A DNA stretch of 64,000 bases from Lingula anatina (taxonomy: Eukaryota > Animalia > Brachiopoda). The stretch is from the NCBI GenBank assembly GCA_051362555.1, contig CM120643.1:3410001-3474000 (forward strand), written 5' to 3'. Every line of letters begins with the position of its first letter. Within the stretch, counting starts at the first letter, position 1. The position numbers and the translations under genes were made by a program. This document shows positions 25,601-36,395 of the stretch, in pieces. Under the pieces are notes generated by a model, which was given only the letters and a program-made list of their open reading frames with translations, ran no database searches and was not told the DNA's origin.

Positions 25601-28600
25601 AGAAGGGATGCTGCAGTAGTCCTCAGTGATTTACAGAATCAAAGGAAGTTAGTCCTAGAAGATAGGCCATTTCTGGAAAAAAAATACAAGGAAGCTAAAG
25701 TCAAATACAACTTGAAAATAGAAAAAAAATCAACTCCACCAGAAGAGAAAATGTTAGCCATTGCATGGGACTTACAGGAATGTGAATATTTACTAGAACT
25801 GGGCCTAAAAATATCCAATTCCATTGAAAATGTGTGTACAGCTGTAAGACGGGGTTCTGAAAGATGTATCCCTTCCGATATAACTCAGGTCAAAACAGAC
25901 CTTATGCTTTATTGGAAGGGATCCTTCAAAAAGAAAAGAACTGCTGCTACACATTTACTTGTATTCATGATTTCGGATGAGCAAAGAAACACAAGACCTT
26001 ATGCTTTGCCTGTCAGGTGCCTGGCAGTAAGCACCCTGAAAGACAAGAAAGCAAAACTGCTTACTGAAGAACTAATACAGGCAATGACACAGGAGGGCAT
26101 GCATGTTGTTGGTATGCACTGTTTATAGAATAGAAATTGCAAATGAATAAGTATTAGGCCCATTTAAATGAAAAAGAAAGCATCTGATTTTTTAAAATTT
26201 TTGAAAGATAACTGTTTGTCAGTGGGATATGTTTATATAAAAGTGTTAATTAACAAATTTGTCTCATTTATATTATTATTTTTGTTTTCATTTAAACAGA
26301 TTTATATTTTGCTTTTACATTTCAGGGTCAGTTTCAGACGGTGAATTTAATTCTCTGAGAACAAAGGGAGGAAGACCAATATCAGTCATACAACTTATAA
26401 TGGATTCAAAGGAGGAGGCAAGGAAGATAAATGCAAATCAAATTGAGGTATTCCTAAAAGTACAAAAAGGACCCGGTAAGGATGACTTCATTTGTAATGG
26501 TTGTAAAAAAGATCACAATGTTTGTTTTTAATTTAAAACACACAAAGCATGAGTAATTGTGTTTAACAGACAACTCAATTTTACGCATGCCCCATGATAT
26601 GTTCTGATGAACTTAATTTTTCTTTTACTGTAGATGGAAAGCTACAATCAGAACGAAGGCATGAGGCCATACCACTTGATGACCTTGAAACATTAGCCTC
26701 ACTTCAGGACGAAGGTGTTCTATTTGAAGAAGCTATTTTTGTTTTGAGGAGGAAACATTTTCCTCACATGCATAACCCGTACCCTTGGGTTGCAGGTAAA
26801 CCAATATATCATTTCTGTGAAAATTGAGTACTAGTACATTTTTTAGTAATGTAAGTTGATGCCATTTTGAGAGACAAAAAGAGGTATTATGATGAACTTC
26901 ATATGTTTATATCTATTATTTCAAGGTAAATCTGAAACAAAATCAGACTGCCTCAAGTCTTTAATGGCAACATGGATTTTCCGAAACAAAATCGAAAAGT
27001 TTGCAAGGGAAGGGATAGATTTCAAAAGTCATTTAATGGCTTTTGAATATGATGAAGAAACTGGTAATTATTTATCACACTAATAAAAACAGCTTTAAAT
27101 CTTATTCAACGAGTATCATGCAATCATTATGATTACCACAAAGTAAAGTTTCATTGCAGAGTCAAGATAATTTCATCCTTTAGCATGTAATAATAGCATT
27201 CATAATTTTTGCATAGGTGAACTGCTGCATGAAAGGGAAGATCATGGTCATGTACTAAAAAGAATAACAGCATGTCTCAGAGATGGACAAATTCAGGACT
27301 TTGACTGCACAAAGCTTGTGGAGGCACTGCATGACAAAGACACCAACCTAACATACTCCGCACTTGTAGGGAAAAACAAGCAGAGTGTGCCTGATTGTGA
27401 AAGGTTATTTTAATTTGACCATTCCCACAGATATTTGGACCAATCTATCTCCTTAGGGATTCTCACTGAATTGCTATCAACTTAACCGTCATAAATTTAT
27501 GTCACGCTGTTAATTATCTTTACCCCCTTGCTGGTTTGATAGCAATTTAGTGAGACTCCCCAGGGAGTTAGACCAATCCGGATGGATTGATATAGGCATG
27601 GGAATCCAGGCCTAATATCTAACCTGTAAAATGTTTATAAACTATTTTAAATTGTTTATAAACTATTTTAATTTCCTGAATAATCTACATGTTTTTCCTA
27701 ATACTTACCCCTTTTCATTTTAAGAATATTTTCTAAACCTATGATCACATTCATGGAGGAGAAAGGGTACACTAATGAAGCCAACTTTCTCAAACTCATA
27801 TTCAACTGGCACAGAGCTGCTGATGGCAGAGGACTCACAGAGCAACAAAGAAGGAAATACAACCAGAACTTTTTGAACTATATACTTGATTCCTGGATTC
27901 CATGGCATGCATGGCCAGGTTATAATTATAAGGACATTGATGTCAACTGGTATGTATAGACTACATCATATACACTGAGTGTGACATAATACATTATGCA
28001 TGTACTTCATGTGGGATTTTTTATGGTGGCTTTTAATAAATTATTTTTGATATGTCATACATGGGCAAATATTTAAATTTGTCATCTTATTTGTAGCCCA
28101 ATCAAAGGCATATGTGGTTTAACAAGAGAACTAGTGGTGGCCCTTGTCTGCAATCTAGAGTCGAAGTTGCAGCGGTCTACAGATGTCTCACGCCCTCCAG
28201 AACACCCAAGGGCTTTTACAACCGATGATGTGGAAGCGTTTTTTGCAATGTTGAGGGGGCTGTTGGGAAGAACCTTTGACACAAAACAGTTCTTTGAGCA
28301 ATATCCGTAAGTATATAAGCCTTAAATCATTTTTTGGCATAATGAATGTAAACTTTGATAAAAAACAGCATATTAAATTATTAAAAAAATAACATATAAT
28401 ATATATATCAAATGAGTACTTAAAAATATATATAGATAATTTCCGCATTACTTTCTGATAACATTATTAATGTCTATTCCTTTGCATATTCAGAAAAATC
28501 ATTCAGGAGTTCTTCAAAAAGCTAGACAATGAAGAAAAGTTCCATTATTATACTGGACACTGTGTTTATGGGATAAGTGAACAACTCCCCTCATTTAATG

Positions 28601-28785
28601 AACCTGCTAAAAGTGACAGGATAGAAAAATTGAAGGGAGGGAGAAGGGGAGATCCAGGTATATTTGTGGCAGGTAGGGCAACCTACATCCCAAGAGGTGG
28701 GCAGTCTGTGAGAGCAAGATTCCACCATGCCACTGAAGAGCTACCACCTGTGCAGTTCCCTGTGCCTGATTGTCTATCTGATTGA
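22641..28785 (+). CDS. P-element-like DDE transposase with N-terminal Myb/SANT-like domain, 14 exons, ~1102 aa
   Basis: Exons 22641-22649, 22830-22899, 23069-23278, 23994-24509, 24650-24821, 25000-25150, 25295-26111, 26326-26475, 26634-26795, 26926-27063, 27217-27403, 27725-27949, 28097-28306, 28494-28785; all GT-AG and phase-consistent, 3309 nt, no internal stop (exon 1 least certain). Motifs: IKYDLTDV..GDVD (D1), AATHLLVFMI, VVGSVSDG (D2), EDHGHVLKR (DxxH), KQSV..IFS, TDDVEAFFAMLR (E). N-terminal W..E..LVEFI..WP..FW..A..RSGNACR. Confidence 0.85.
27446..27570. mobile_element. 125-bp MITE with 8-bp TSD in intron 11 of the transposase gene
   Basis: Imperfect ~35-bp TIR TATCTCCTTAGGGATTCTCACTGAATTGCTATCAA / TTGATAGCAATTTAGTGAGACTCCCCAGGGAGTTA; GACCAATC at 27438-27445 and 27571-27578. 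Confidence 0.85.
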
Positions 28786-29085
28786 TATTACAAATGATCA
28801 ATATTACAGTAAGGAATTTTCATCATATTTATTCTTTCAATTTTATTGCAAATTCCTTTGTATTTAAGAGAACATCTTCAAATTTACAGGAAAGGTTCAC
28901 AGTGATCAAAATTAATACAGATGAAATTCAGATATAAGAGTTATGGAACCGTCATGCTTGAAGTAACAGTTTGTTGATAGAAAAAATTTCTTTGTAAATA
29001 TTTTAATTCTATATCAGCAACATAAAAAAATTTCTTAAATTCAATTGGTATATGTAACCAACACTATAAAGAAAATACCAGTTTA

Positions 29086-29922
29086 TTATTGAACATATTT
29101 ACTTTTTCTTATCACTTGGATAGGCCAAGCTCCTTTTTTAGTAACAAATAACTTAACATAAAAACCTGGCACTTTCCACAACCTAAAGGAAATGTTGTCA
29201 ACTCTGCAACCAGTCACTAAATCTAAATTAACGTACCGCCATAATTCCTGTGGTAAATGGCCAATTGTAATCCACTCTCCTTCGTGCAAAATCTGGACTG
29301 CCTTGCTTCCAATAGAATAATCATTATCCAAAATGAGTCTTGTTGATACAGTTTCAATAAGCTTTTTGTTCATTTGGTTATGTATGTTTTTCAATAAGGT
29401 TTGTCTATACTGAAAATGGGCAACCCCCAATACTTTAAAAGGTAGACAGTGCTCAACATTTTCATCAGCAACATCTTCATCAGCATGTCCTTCATCAGCA
29501 ATGTCTTCATCAACAACCTCTTCATCAGCAACATCTTCATCAGCATCTCCTTCATCAGCAACATCTTCATCTTCCCCCTCCTCTTCTTCACTACTTAGGT
29601 TTTTGTTGTCATCCTCGATGAAAGGTGCACTATCAGACTCCCAGTCCCAAACAATTAGGCAGGGACCAAATAACTTAATGTTAGTTTTGAAAAAGTAACG
29701 GACAAAAATGGTAAAAGGTTCAACATTTAATTGCAGACTTAAAATATCACTAGATGAAAATAAAGCTGTCTGTCTTGATCCATTACATAGTACAGTGGTT
29801 CTAAGCAATTCAACAGAAATGCCTGGGAAACAAGGAATAGTGTGTGTTATTTTGTCTGGAAAAACTTCTAAAACAGTCATTTCCTCATCACCTCCTTCTT
29901 CTGCTTTACAAATGCATAACAT
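29086..29922 (-). CDS. Transposon accessory protein: unknown N-terminal domain, acidic repeat linker, C-terminal HIRAN-like domain (278 aa; 5' end may be spliced)
   Basis: C-terminal pattern LPFKVLGV..TRLILDNDY..KAVQI..IGHLPQEL resembles HIRAN (FxVxG..lxxxxxNxyDxxAixV..iGyvP). Tandem DEDVADE repeats. Splice acceptor TTTTCAG ends at 29925, just upstream of the ATG. Confidence 0.7.
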   Translation of the reverse strand: MLCICKAEEGGDEEMTVLEVFPDKITHTIPCFPGISVELLRTTVLCNGSRQTALFSSSDILSLQLNVEPFTIFVRYFFKTNIKLFGPCLIVWDWESDSAPFIEDDNKNLSSEEEEGEDEDVADEGDADEDVADEEVVDEDIADEGHADEDVADENVEHCLPFKVLGVAHFQYRQTLLKNIHNQMNKKLIETVSTRLILDNDYSIGSKAVQILHEGEWITIGHLPQELWRYVNLDLVTGCRVDNISFRLWKVPGFYVKLFVTKKGAWPIQVIRKSKYVQ

Positions 29923-32900
29923 GTCTGAAAATAATTAATACATAGAAAATATGTGACACTGATCTATTGCTGAGCTGCAGGTGTACCGGTATATAGAATC
30001 TGTCTTGAGATGAAATATACATTTGGTGTAGATATGGGGTATATTCCTTTCTTTTTATGACATATTTATTAATTTAAATTTTAAATTTAATTCGTTTTGA
30101 ATTATTATGGAGCAAACAATTACACCTACCTTTCCCAGTTTGTTAAAATAAGCAGGACTTAGAGCAAGATGAGTATGTATACAGTGGGCAATAAAATGAC
30201 GTCGACCACACGACCAAACGATAAATAACGACGTAACGTTACGATTCACCCGTGCACATACTAGAATTTCCAAAAACATTTCTTTTTTACAGTGACATAG
30301 TTCATTTCCGAGTTTTTTCTATCGAGTCTGACCCCTGAAAAGTCAATGAAAGCATCAATATAACATTTTATTAATTCTTCAAGCAACAAATAAATGATAT
30401 AAAATTTACGTTATTACCATGTAAGTGTCGCATTATTGAACGACGTTACAGGAAGACGTCGCCGGGAGCTCACTTTCGATGTTTACTCTTCGACGGCAAA
30501 ACGTCAAATGAGACATGTGCGTGCGCATCTTTTGACGTATCACGTGATACCCTTCCAACCACCACTGGTAACGAGCTAATTGCACTCTTAACCTACCCCT
30601 CGCTGGTTAATTACTAGTTTAGTAAACAGTACAAAACGCAGTGCAAAACGAAGATCACTTTCCTAAAACAGAAAAAAACTCTGTATCAGTTCACATATGC
30701 TATCTCATCCATCTTCACTACACAAATATGAGCGGTAGCTGTCGTGTGTACTGGGTAAGGGGGTAGCAGTGAAACATTTGTTATAAATATAGATACAAAT
30801 AATGTTCGCATCCTTCACCCCCTGGTAAATAATTAAAAAAGTGGGTTGATATGTATTGTAGGGTGGCGTTCCGTAATCGTTTTTATTATCTTATCATTTT
30901 CTTTTGTGTGAACGTTCTTTGTCATGAAGTGCGTTGAGTCAGATGGTTTTATCCCCCGAATAGCTGAACGATTCACTGTCCATCTCATGCGTGTGACAGT
31001 TGCTTTTTATATATGTTTTAATTTTGTTCGCAATGTATGTATATTATTTGGTATACGATGCGGTGTACAGAATGTGGTCACAGACGTAAATATTTGCATC
31101 GTGATAGACTGGGCTTCGAGATCTAGGTGGAAAAGGCAAATTAGGTTAATAACGAAGTTTATGGCCACAGTAATTAGTGGCCGATTTCTCACCTCATTCT
31201 CTTCAACCAGAGGTAGTTACAGATAACCATCGCCTGTCTTTATTTCAGGGACATTAGTGCTGGCTCATGACAGCATTGATAGTTTCCTACTCTTTTGTCA
31301 CTTCCTCTTCCATTGTCTGTTGAGGTATGTCCGATGAATACCGATAAGGACAGAGACAACAGCACGCATATAACAATACTGCTGGAAGGCTCAAAATTAT
31401 CACAGTTTATGTAATTTTATTTCAGAGATCAACTTAAAGATTGAAAGCACTCACTACCAACACTCGAAATTTGTACAAATACTTTTTTCGAAATGAACGT
31501 TCTCAAACGGAATGTTGAGATGTTGGTATGTGCTTTGTAGGCTGTTGATTGAGATCGGGTTCAGCCCCGTCGTAAGAAAAAATATGTTATAGTGATCCAA
31601 AACTATGCGATATTATACTCATTTTTGCTTTATTATTATTTAAGATATATTATAATATTATCTGTAGGTGAAACAAGAATGTAGTGATGAAAAAAAAGTA
31701 GGAGGGAAAACCAGAGGACTAGCAGACTCCTTATATAAAATAATGACAGGGAGAAAACCTGATGTGAGAGTGGCCTTTGTCTTCTGTCTTTCTTTCAAAT
31801 TTTACTGCACTGCAGATACCAATGTTTCTAACTTTTTTGTTGAAGAATGCTGATACTGGTACGTGTTACTTTGGAACGCTTGACCCACGTAGCATCCTAG
31901 GGGTATATAAGTTTTCACTGTGACAGGAAAAAAAAAAACAGAAGAAAAAATTGCTGAAGTGTTTCCTTTTATTTATACTGATGAATCTGTTATCTGTTTG
32001 CCAAAAAGCATTTTTGGTTTGACCACATTCTCTATTGTGTCTGTCTGAAGAGAAAAAAGGATACAGGGTATATATTAGAAGCGTTTTACTTGGGAGGGGG
32101 GTCTACATATTCAATATACAATATGTATGCGTACATGAAGAACAATTGCATTATCATAAAGAAGGTTTAATTAAGTTTTGTTTACATTAATACAAACGCT
32201 GGATAATTTTTACAGAAAGTTAATTGTCCTTAAAACGTCCTATATTTTATCAAATTTTCAGCAAGCAGTAATCTGTAAAATGAAGCAAATAAAAACAAAC
32301 AATTTAAACACTGAAAATTCTTATGAAAATTAGGCTATTTAAGGGCCCTTTTATTACTTAATATGAAAAACGGACCTATTTAAAACAACTTTTACCATCA
32401 AGCAAATGTTGATAACAAAATAATACTGAACGTTGCATGAAGTGAATATGTTAGTTCGAATGTTAGTTTGATCTTTTTTCCACAATTTAAAAGTTTAACT
32501 GTTTTAAAGGTTTAACTTGTTACTTAAAAGTCTAATTTAGTTTAATAGTCTAACCGAACAAATGTTGATTCCATGCAATTAATGGTTATAAAATTTAAGT
32601 TGACTTTTAGATGAAACATTAAAACAAAAATAGTGAGCAACATGGCAACATAAAAATAACCGCAAACAAACCAATAAATTAACACTGTGGTCGCATAAGG
32701 CATGTACATGTGCCTACATCGTCTGAATTACCTTTGTAACCGTACTTGTAACCTGGAATTCAATTGGATATAAAAGTGTAAAGTAAACAAAAAGGTTACT
32801 GAGGTGCATAAGCACTTTTAACAGTTCTATCTAAAAGCTATAACGACTTTGTCGCAATGTAGTTAGCGCGTTCGATATACTGTTGCTTGCACATGTAAAA

Positions 32901-33564
32901 AATGGCGCCAATGAAATATCAGCCGCGTGCTCAAAGTCGACTCGACGCGGAATGTAGTTATTGTTTTGAAAATAAAGTTTCTGTGAATGGTGGCCTGAAA
33001 AGATGTTTACAGTGTAATATGAAGTTTTAAAGAACATATTAAACCACGGCAGCATTAGTATATTCATATCAAGCAGACTCTGTGCATATACGCTAGTCAT
33101 GCCCTGCAATGTGAGGGTCACGCTGTCGAGATCGCCCGTTCAACTGTTCAGGTAAAATTTAAGTAATGCTCGGCAAATCCATAGTGAAATAAGTCAATCA
33201 AGTTGTCTAGCGAGATATATGATGCAAGCACGTTCCACAAGGTTATAATTAACTGAAGCGATCTTAATAGCTGATTCAACGAGCCACACGTCGTTTACCG
33301 GATTACATAACAAGCAAAGATAAAGTGGTGTTGGCGTCCCGCTGCGGCTTCAACAGCTTATTTTGACAAGGCTCGCGCTACGTGATGGCTTGAGAAAAAC
33401 ATCATTGTTAAACCTTAGTGTCGATGCGTTAATTACTTATGGTCGCATTGTCTTCTTCCCACGGCGACCATTCATAAAAAGGGGGCGTAGTTAGGTATTA
33501 GACGAATTTTTTAATCACCCAACGCGTTAGTGGTGCGTTGTCCTCTGACATAATCCGTTACCTG

Positions 33565-36395
33565 TATCTCTCATTTGTCTCTGGTAGTGGCCCTAAAATG
33601 TCCATATGCCATGTATGGAAAACATCATTGATAGGTAATGGTTGCAATGGAGCTGGATGATGGTGATATTTTCTTTTTGACCTTTGACAAACTTCACAGG
33701 ATTTTACGTAATGTTTGACATCCTTGTAAACAGTGGGCCAAAAATACTTCAGTCGAATCTTTTCTAAAGTTCTTTGAAACCCTTGATGACAACCACCTAC
33801 TTTAGAATCATGATAAAATTTCAACAATTCACTTCTCATTCCCTTAGGAATTACTATTTGTTCAACAACTCTACAATCACCTACTCTTTTCTTTTGTTTA
33901 CTTTGGTAATGATGACACAATATTCCACACTCATCTATGAAATAATTATCTTTCAGATATTGCTCACTTTTATTCAATGGAAATTCTGTAGAAGCTAGAG
34001 CCTTGAAAATCACATCCAAATCCACTGAATTCTTTTGTTCCTTAACCAGATCTTCACTTTCAACAGTTATTGAGTACACAGATATATCTTCCTCAATTTT
34101 TGTTTCTTGACTGTGTCCTTCACTGACCTCATTTTCCTCATCATATTTCTGTCTAGACAAACAATCTGTTGGATTCAACCGACCTTTCTTGTAAACAATG
34201 TCAAAGTCTAAATCCTGCAATTGCAGCGACCATCTCTCTAATTTCTGATTTGTAGACCTTTTTGATTTGAGCCATTCTAATGGTTTGTGGTCTGTCACTA
34301 CAGTAAAGTGATTTGTTTGCAAAAATTGTCTAAATTCTTTTACACCCTCAACCAGTGCAAGACATTCCTTTTCTGACGTGCAGTAATTCTTTTCTGAACT
34401 TCTTAAAACTCTTCCACCATATGCAATTGCATGCTCTCTATTGTCATCACCAATCTGACTCAACATGTAACCAATCGCAAAATCAGATGCATCAGTAGTC
34501 AACTTGAAAGGCTTATTCATATTTGGATAAGCTAAAATTGGAGCTTTCACTAACTGGTCCTTTAACTCATTAAAGGCTTTATTTGTTTCCTCAGTCCACT
34601 CAAATTTTTCTGAATCTCTTGTTAATCTACATAGAGGAAATGCTATTTTATCATAATCTCTAACAAATCTTCTGTAATAATTGGCCATTCCAAGAAAACT
34701 TTTCATTTCTTTTTGATTTTTTGGTTTTTGAATTTTCTTCACTGCCTCAACCTTTGACATATCAACTTCTATACCATTTTTGGAAATAATATGTCCCAAA
34801 AATTTAATTCTTTCTGTGACAAATTTACATTTGTTTGGTTTTAAAGTCATGTTTGCCTCTCTCAATCTCTGAAATATCAACTCAAGATGTTCTAGGTGTT
34901 CCTCAAAAGTCTTACTAAAAACTAGTATGTCATCTATGTATGTCAAAGCACATTTCCAATTCAAATCTTTGAGAATTCTTGCCATAACAGACTGATATGT
35001 CGCACCGGCATTTCGAAGGCCGAAAGCTAAACGCTTAAATTGAAAATGCCCATGATGAGTAACAAAAGCTGTCTTAGGTTGAGATTCTGGATCTAACGGA
35101 ATTTGCCAATAACCACTCGCACAGTCCAATGAAGAGAAATACCTACTTTCACTTTCTCCTACAGTGTCAAAAATATCAGACAATCTTGGTAATGGAAAAT
35201 GAATAGGCTGAGTAACACTGTTAAGTCTACGATAGTCTATAGCAAATCTTAATGTACCATCTTTCTTTTTTACTAAGACTACAGGACTTGCCCATGGACT
35301 ACTAGATTCTTCTATGATTCCATACTTCAACATTTCATCCGTTTGTCTTTCTATCTCAGCTCTGTTAGCTGGTGTCTGCCTATAATGAGCTTGTCTTTGA
35401 GGTAGTGCATTTCCAGTTTCGATAACATGACCTGAAATTTTAACCTCTCCTAATTCTTCCAAAGACAATGCAAAAACATCTCTATTTTGTGCTAAGAACT
35501 TTGTCAAAACAATTCTCTGAGTCTCCGTCACATCAGATGATGAAAGGTCAATTCCCATGTTCTTCACTACTTCATTAGCATAAACATTCTGAGATTGTTT
35601 ATCCTTAACTACACTAGTATCATCTCCTGAGATATTCATATCAATACTTGCTTTGTTCTCTAAACTATAAATTTTCTCACGTTCTACTGCAGTCGCTTTG
35701 GCTAAAACCTTATTTTTGGGAATAACAATGGATCTCTCTGTTGGATTGTAAACTCTACATACTGTTGAACCCTTCTTTGGTTGTAAAACTGACTTTGCCA
35801 ACATAAATTTGGTATTAGTAGGTTCTACTAACAAACAGCTATTTTTGATTCTATTGATTCTTGCCACCCTGACTGGAATAATAGTTTCGGATCTAGGTTC
35901 CAGAACTACCTTGCTAGATGTTCTTACTAAACCAATATAATTAGGTTTTTGCAAAGTATGTTTATTTCTGTTTCCTTGCAAATACAGAGAATTATCATTC
36001 AAGTCAATGATGGCTCCATTTGTTTTCAAAAAATCTAAACCCAAAATGATTCCTCTAGGTAAATTTTCAAAAACATGAAAAATATGAGAAAATGTTTGAC
36101 ACCCAATCTTCAGTTTCAAAAGGGTTTGACCTAAGGTGTTATATTTTTGACCTCCTACACCAGATATACTTTTGATTTTTGAACTTTGCATAGAACTTTT
36201 GAATTCTGAATCTATTCTTTCAAATGTCTTCTTGGATATACAGGATATACTTGCTCCTGTATCAACTAAGGATAAAACTGAATTTTTGCCAATAAAAACC
36301 TGAATTAAATTGTTGTTTTGGGGATCTTCAGAAAAAATTTCACTCATGTCCACTTTTTGATCAGAGATTGAAGATTTCACATTGTGCCCGTACCC
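33565..36395 (-). pseudogene. pol: Gypsy pol 5' part: protease, reverse transcriptase, RNase H, integrase Zn-finger; truncated by the insertion
   Basis: LVDTGAS; WASPVVLVKKKDG..DYRRLN; FGLRNA; YIDDILV; TDASDFAIG..EKECLA..TDHKPL; HDSK..GCHQG..CEVC; WHMDILGP. Confidence 0.96.

Larger units (their letters stand above)
21903..30567 (+). mobile_element. 8665-bp two-gene DNA transposon, P-element-like
   Basis: 29-bp TIR CAGTGGTGG(G/T)TGGAAGGGTATCACGTGAT at 21903-21931 and 30539-30567 (28/29). Perfect 8-bp TSD GTAACGAG at 21895-21902 and 30568-30575. Encloses two convergent genes. Confidence 0.95.
19990..33564. mobile_element. 13.6-kb DNA-transposon insertion with TA TSD and short imperfect TIRs (Tc1/mariner-type target; no own transposase seen)
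   Basis: Left end CAGCTACAGGATTA vs right end reverse complement CAGGTAACGGATTA (11/14). TA at 19988-19989 and 33565-33566. Removing the element and one TA restores the in-frame integrase ETNERYKYILLVV. Confidence 0.9.

Noticed and set aside
21903-30567. Classification as hAT (CAGTG start, 8-bp TSD) or Harbinger (Myb domain, two genes)
   Set aside because: No hAT dimerisation or BED motifs seen. Harbinger makes 3-bp TSDs and encodes its Myb protein as a separate gene. The catalytic motifs follow the P-element pattern.
21432-30621. 35-bp identical direct repeats (21432-21466, 30587-30621) that seem to bracket the transposase like LTRs
   Set aside because: The true boundaries are the TIRs with the 8-bp TSD; the direct repeats are an internal duplication of the host element.
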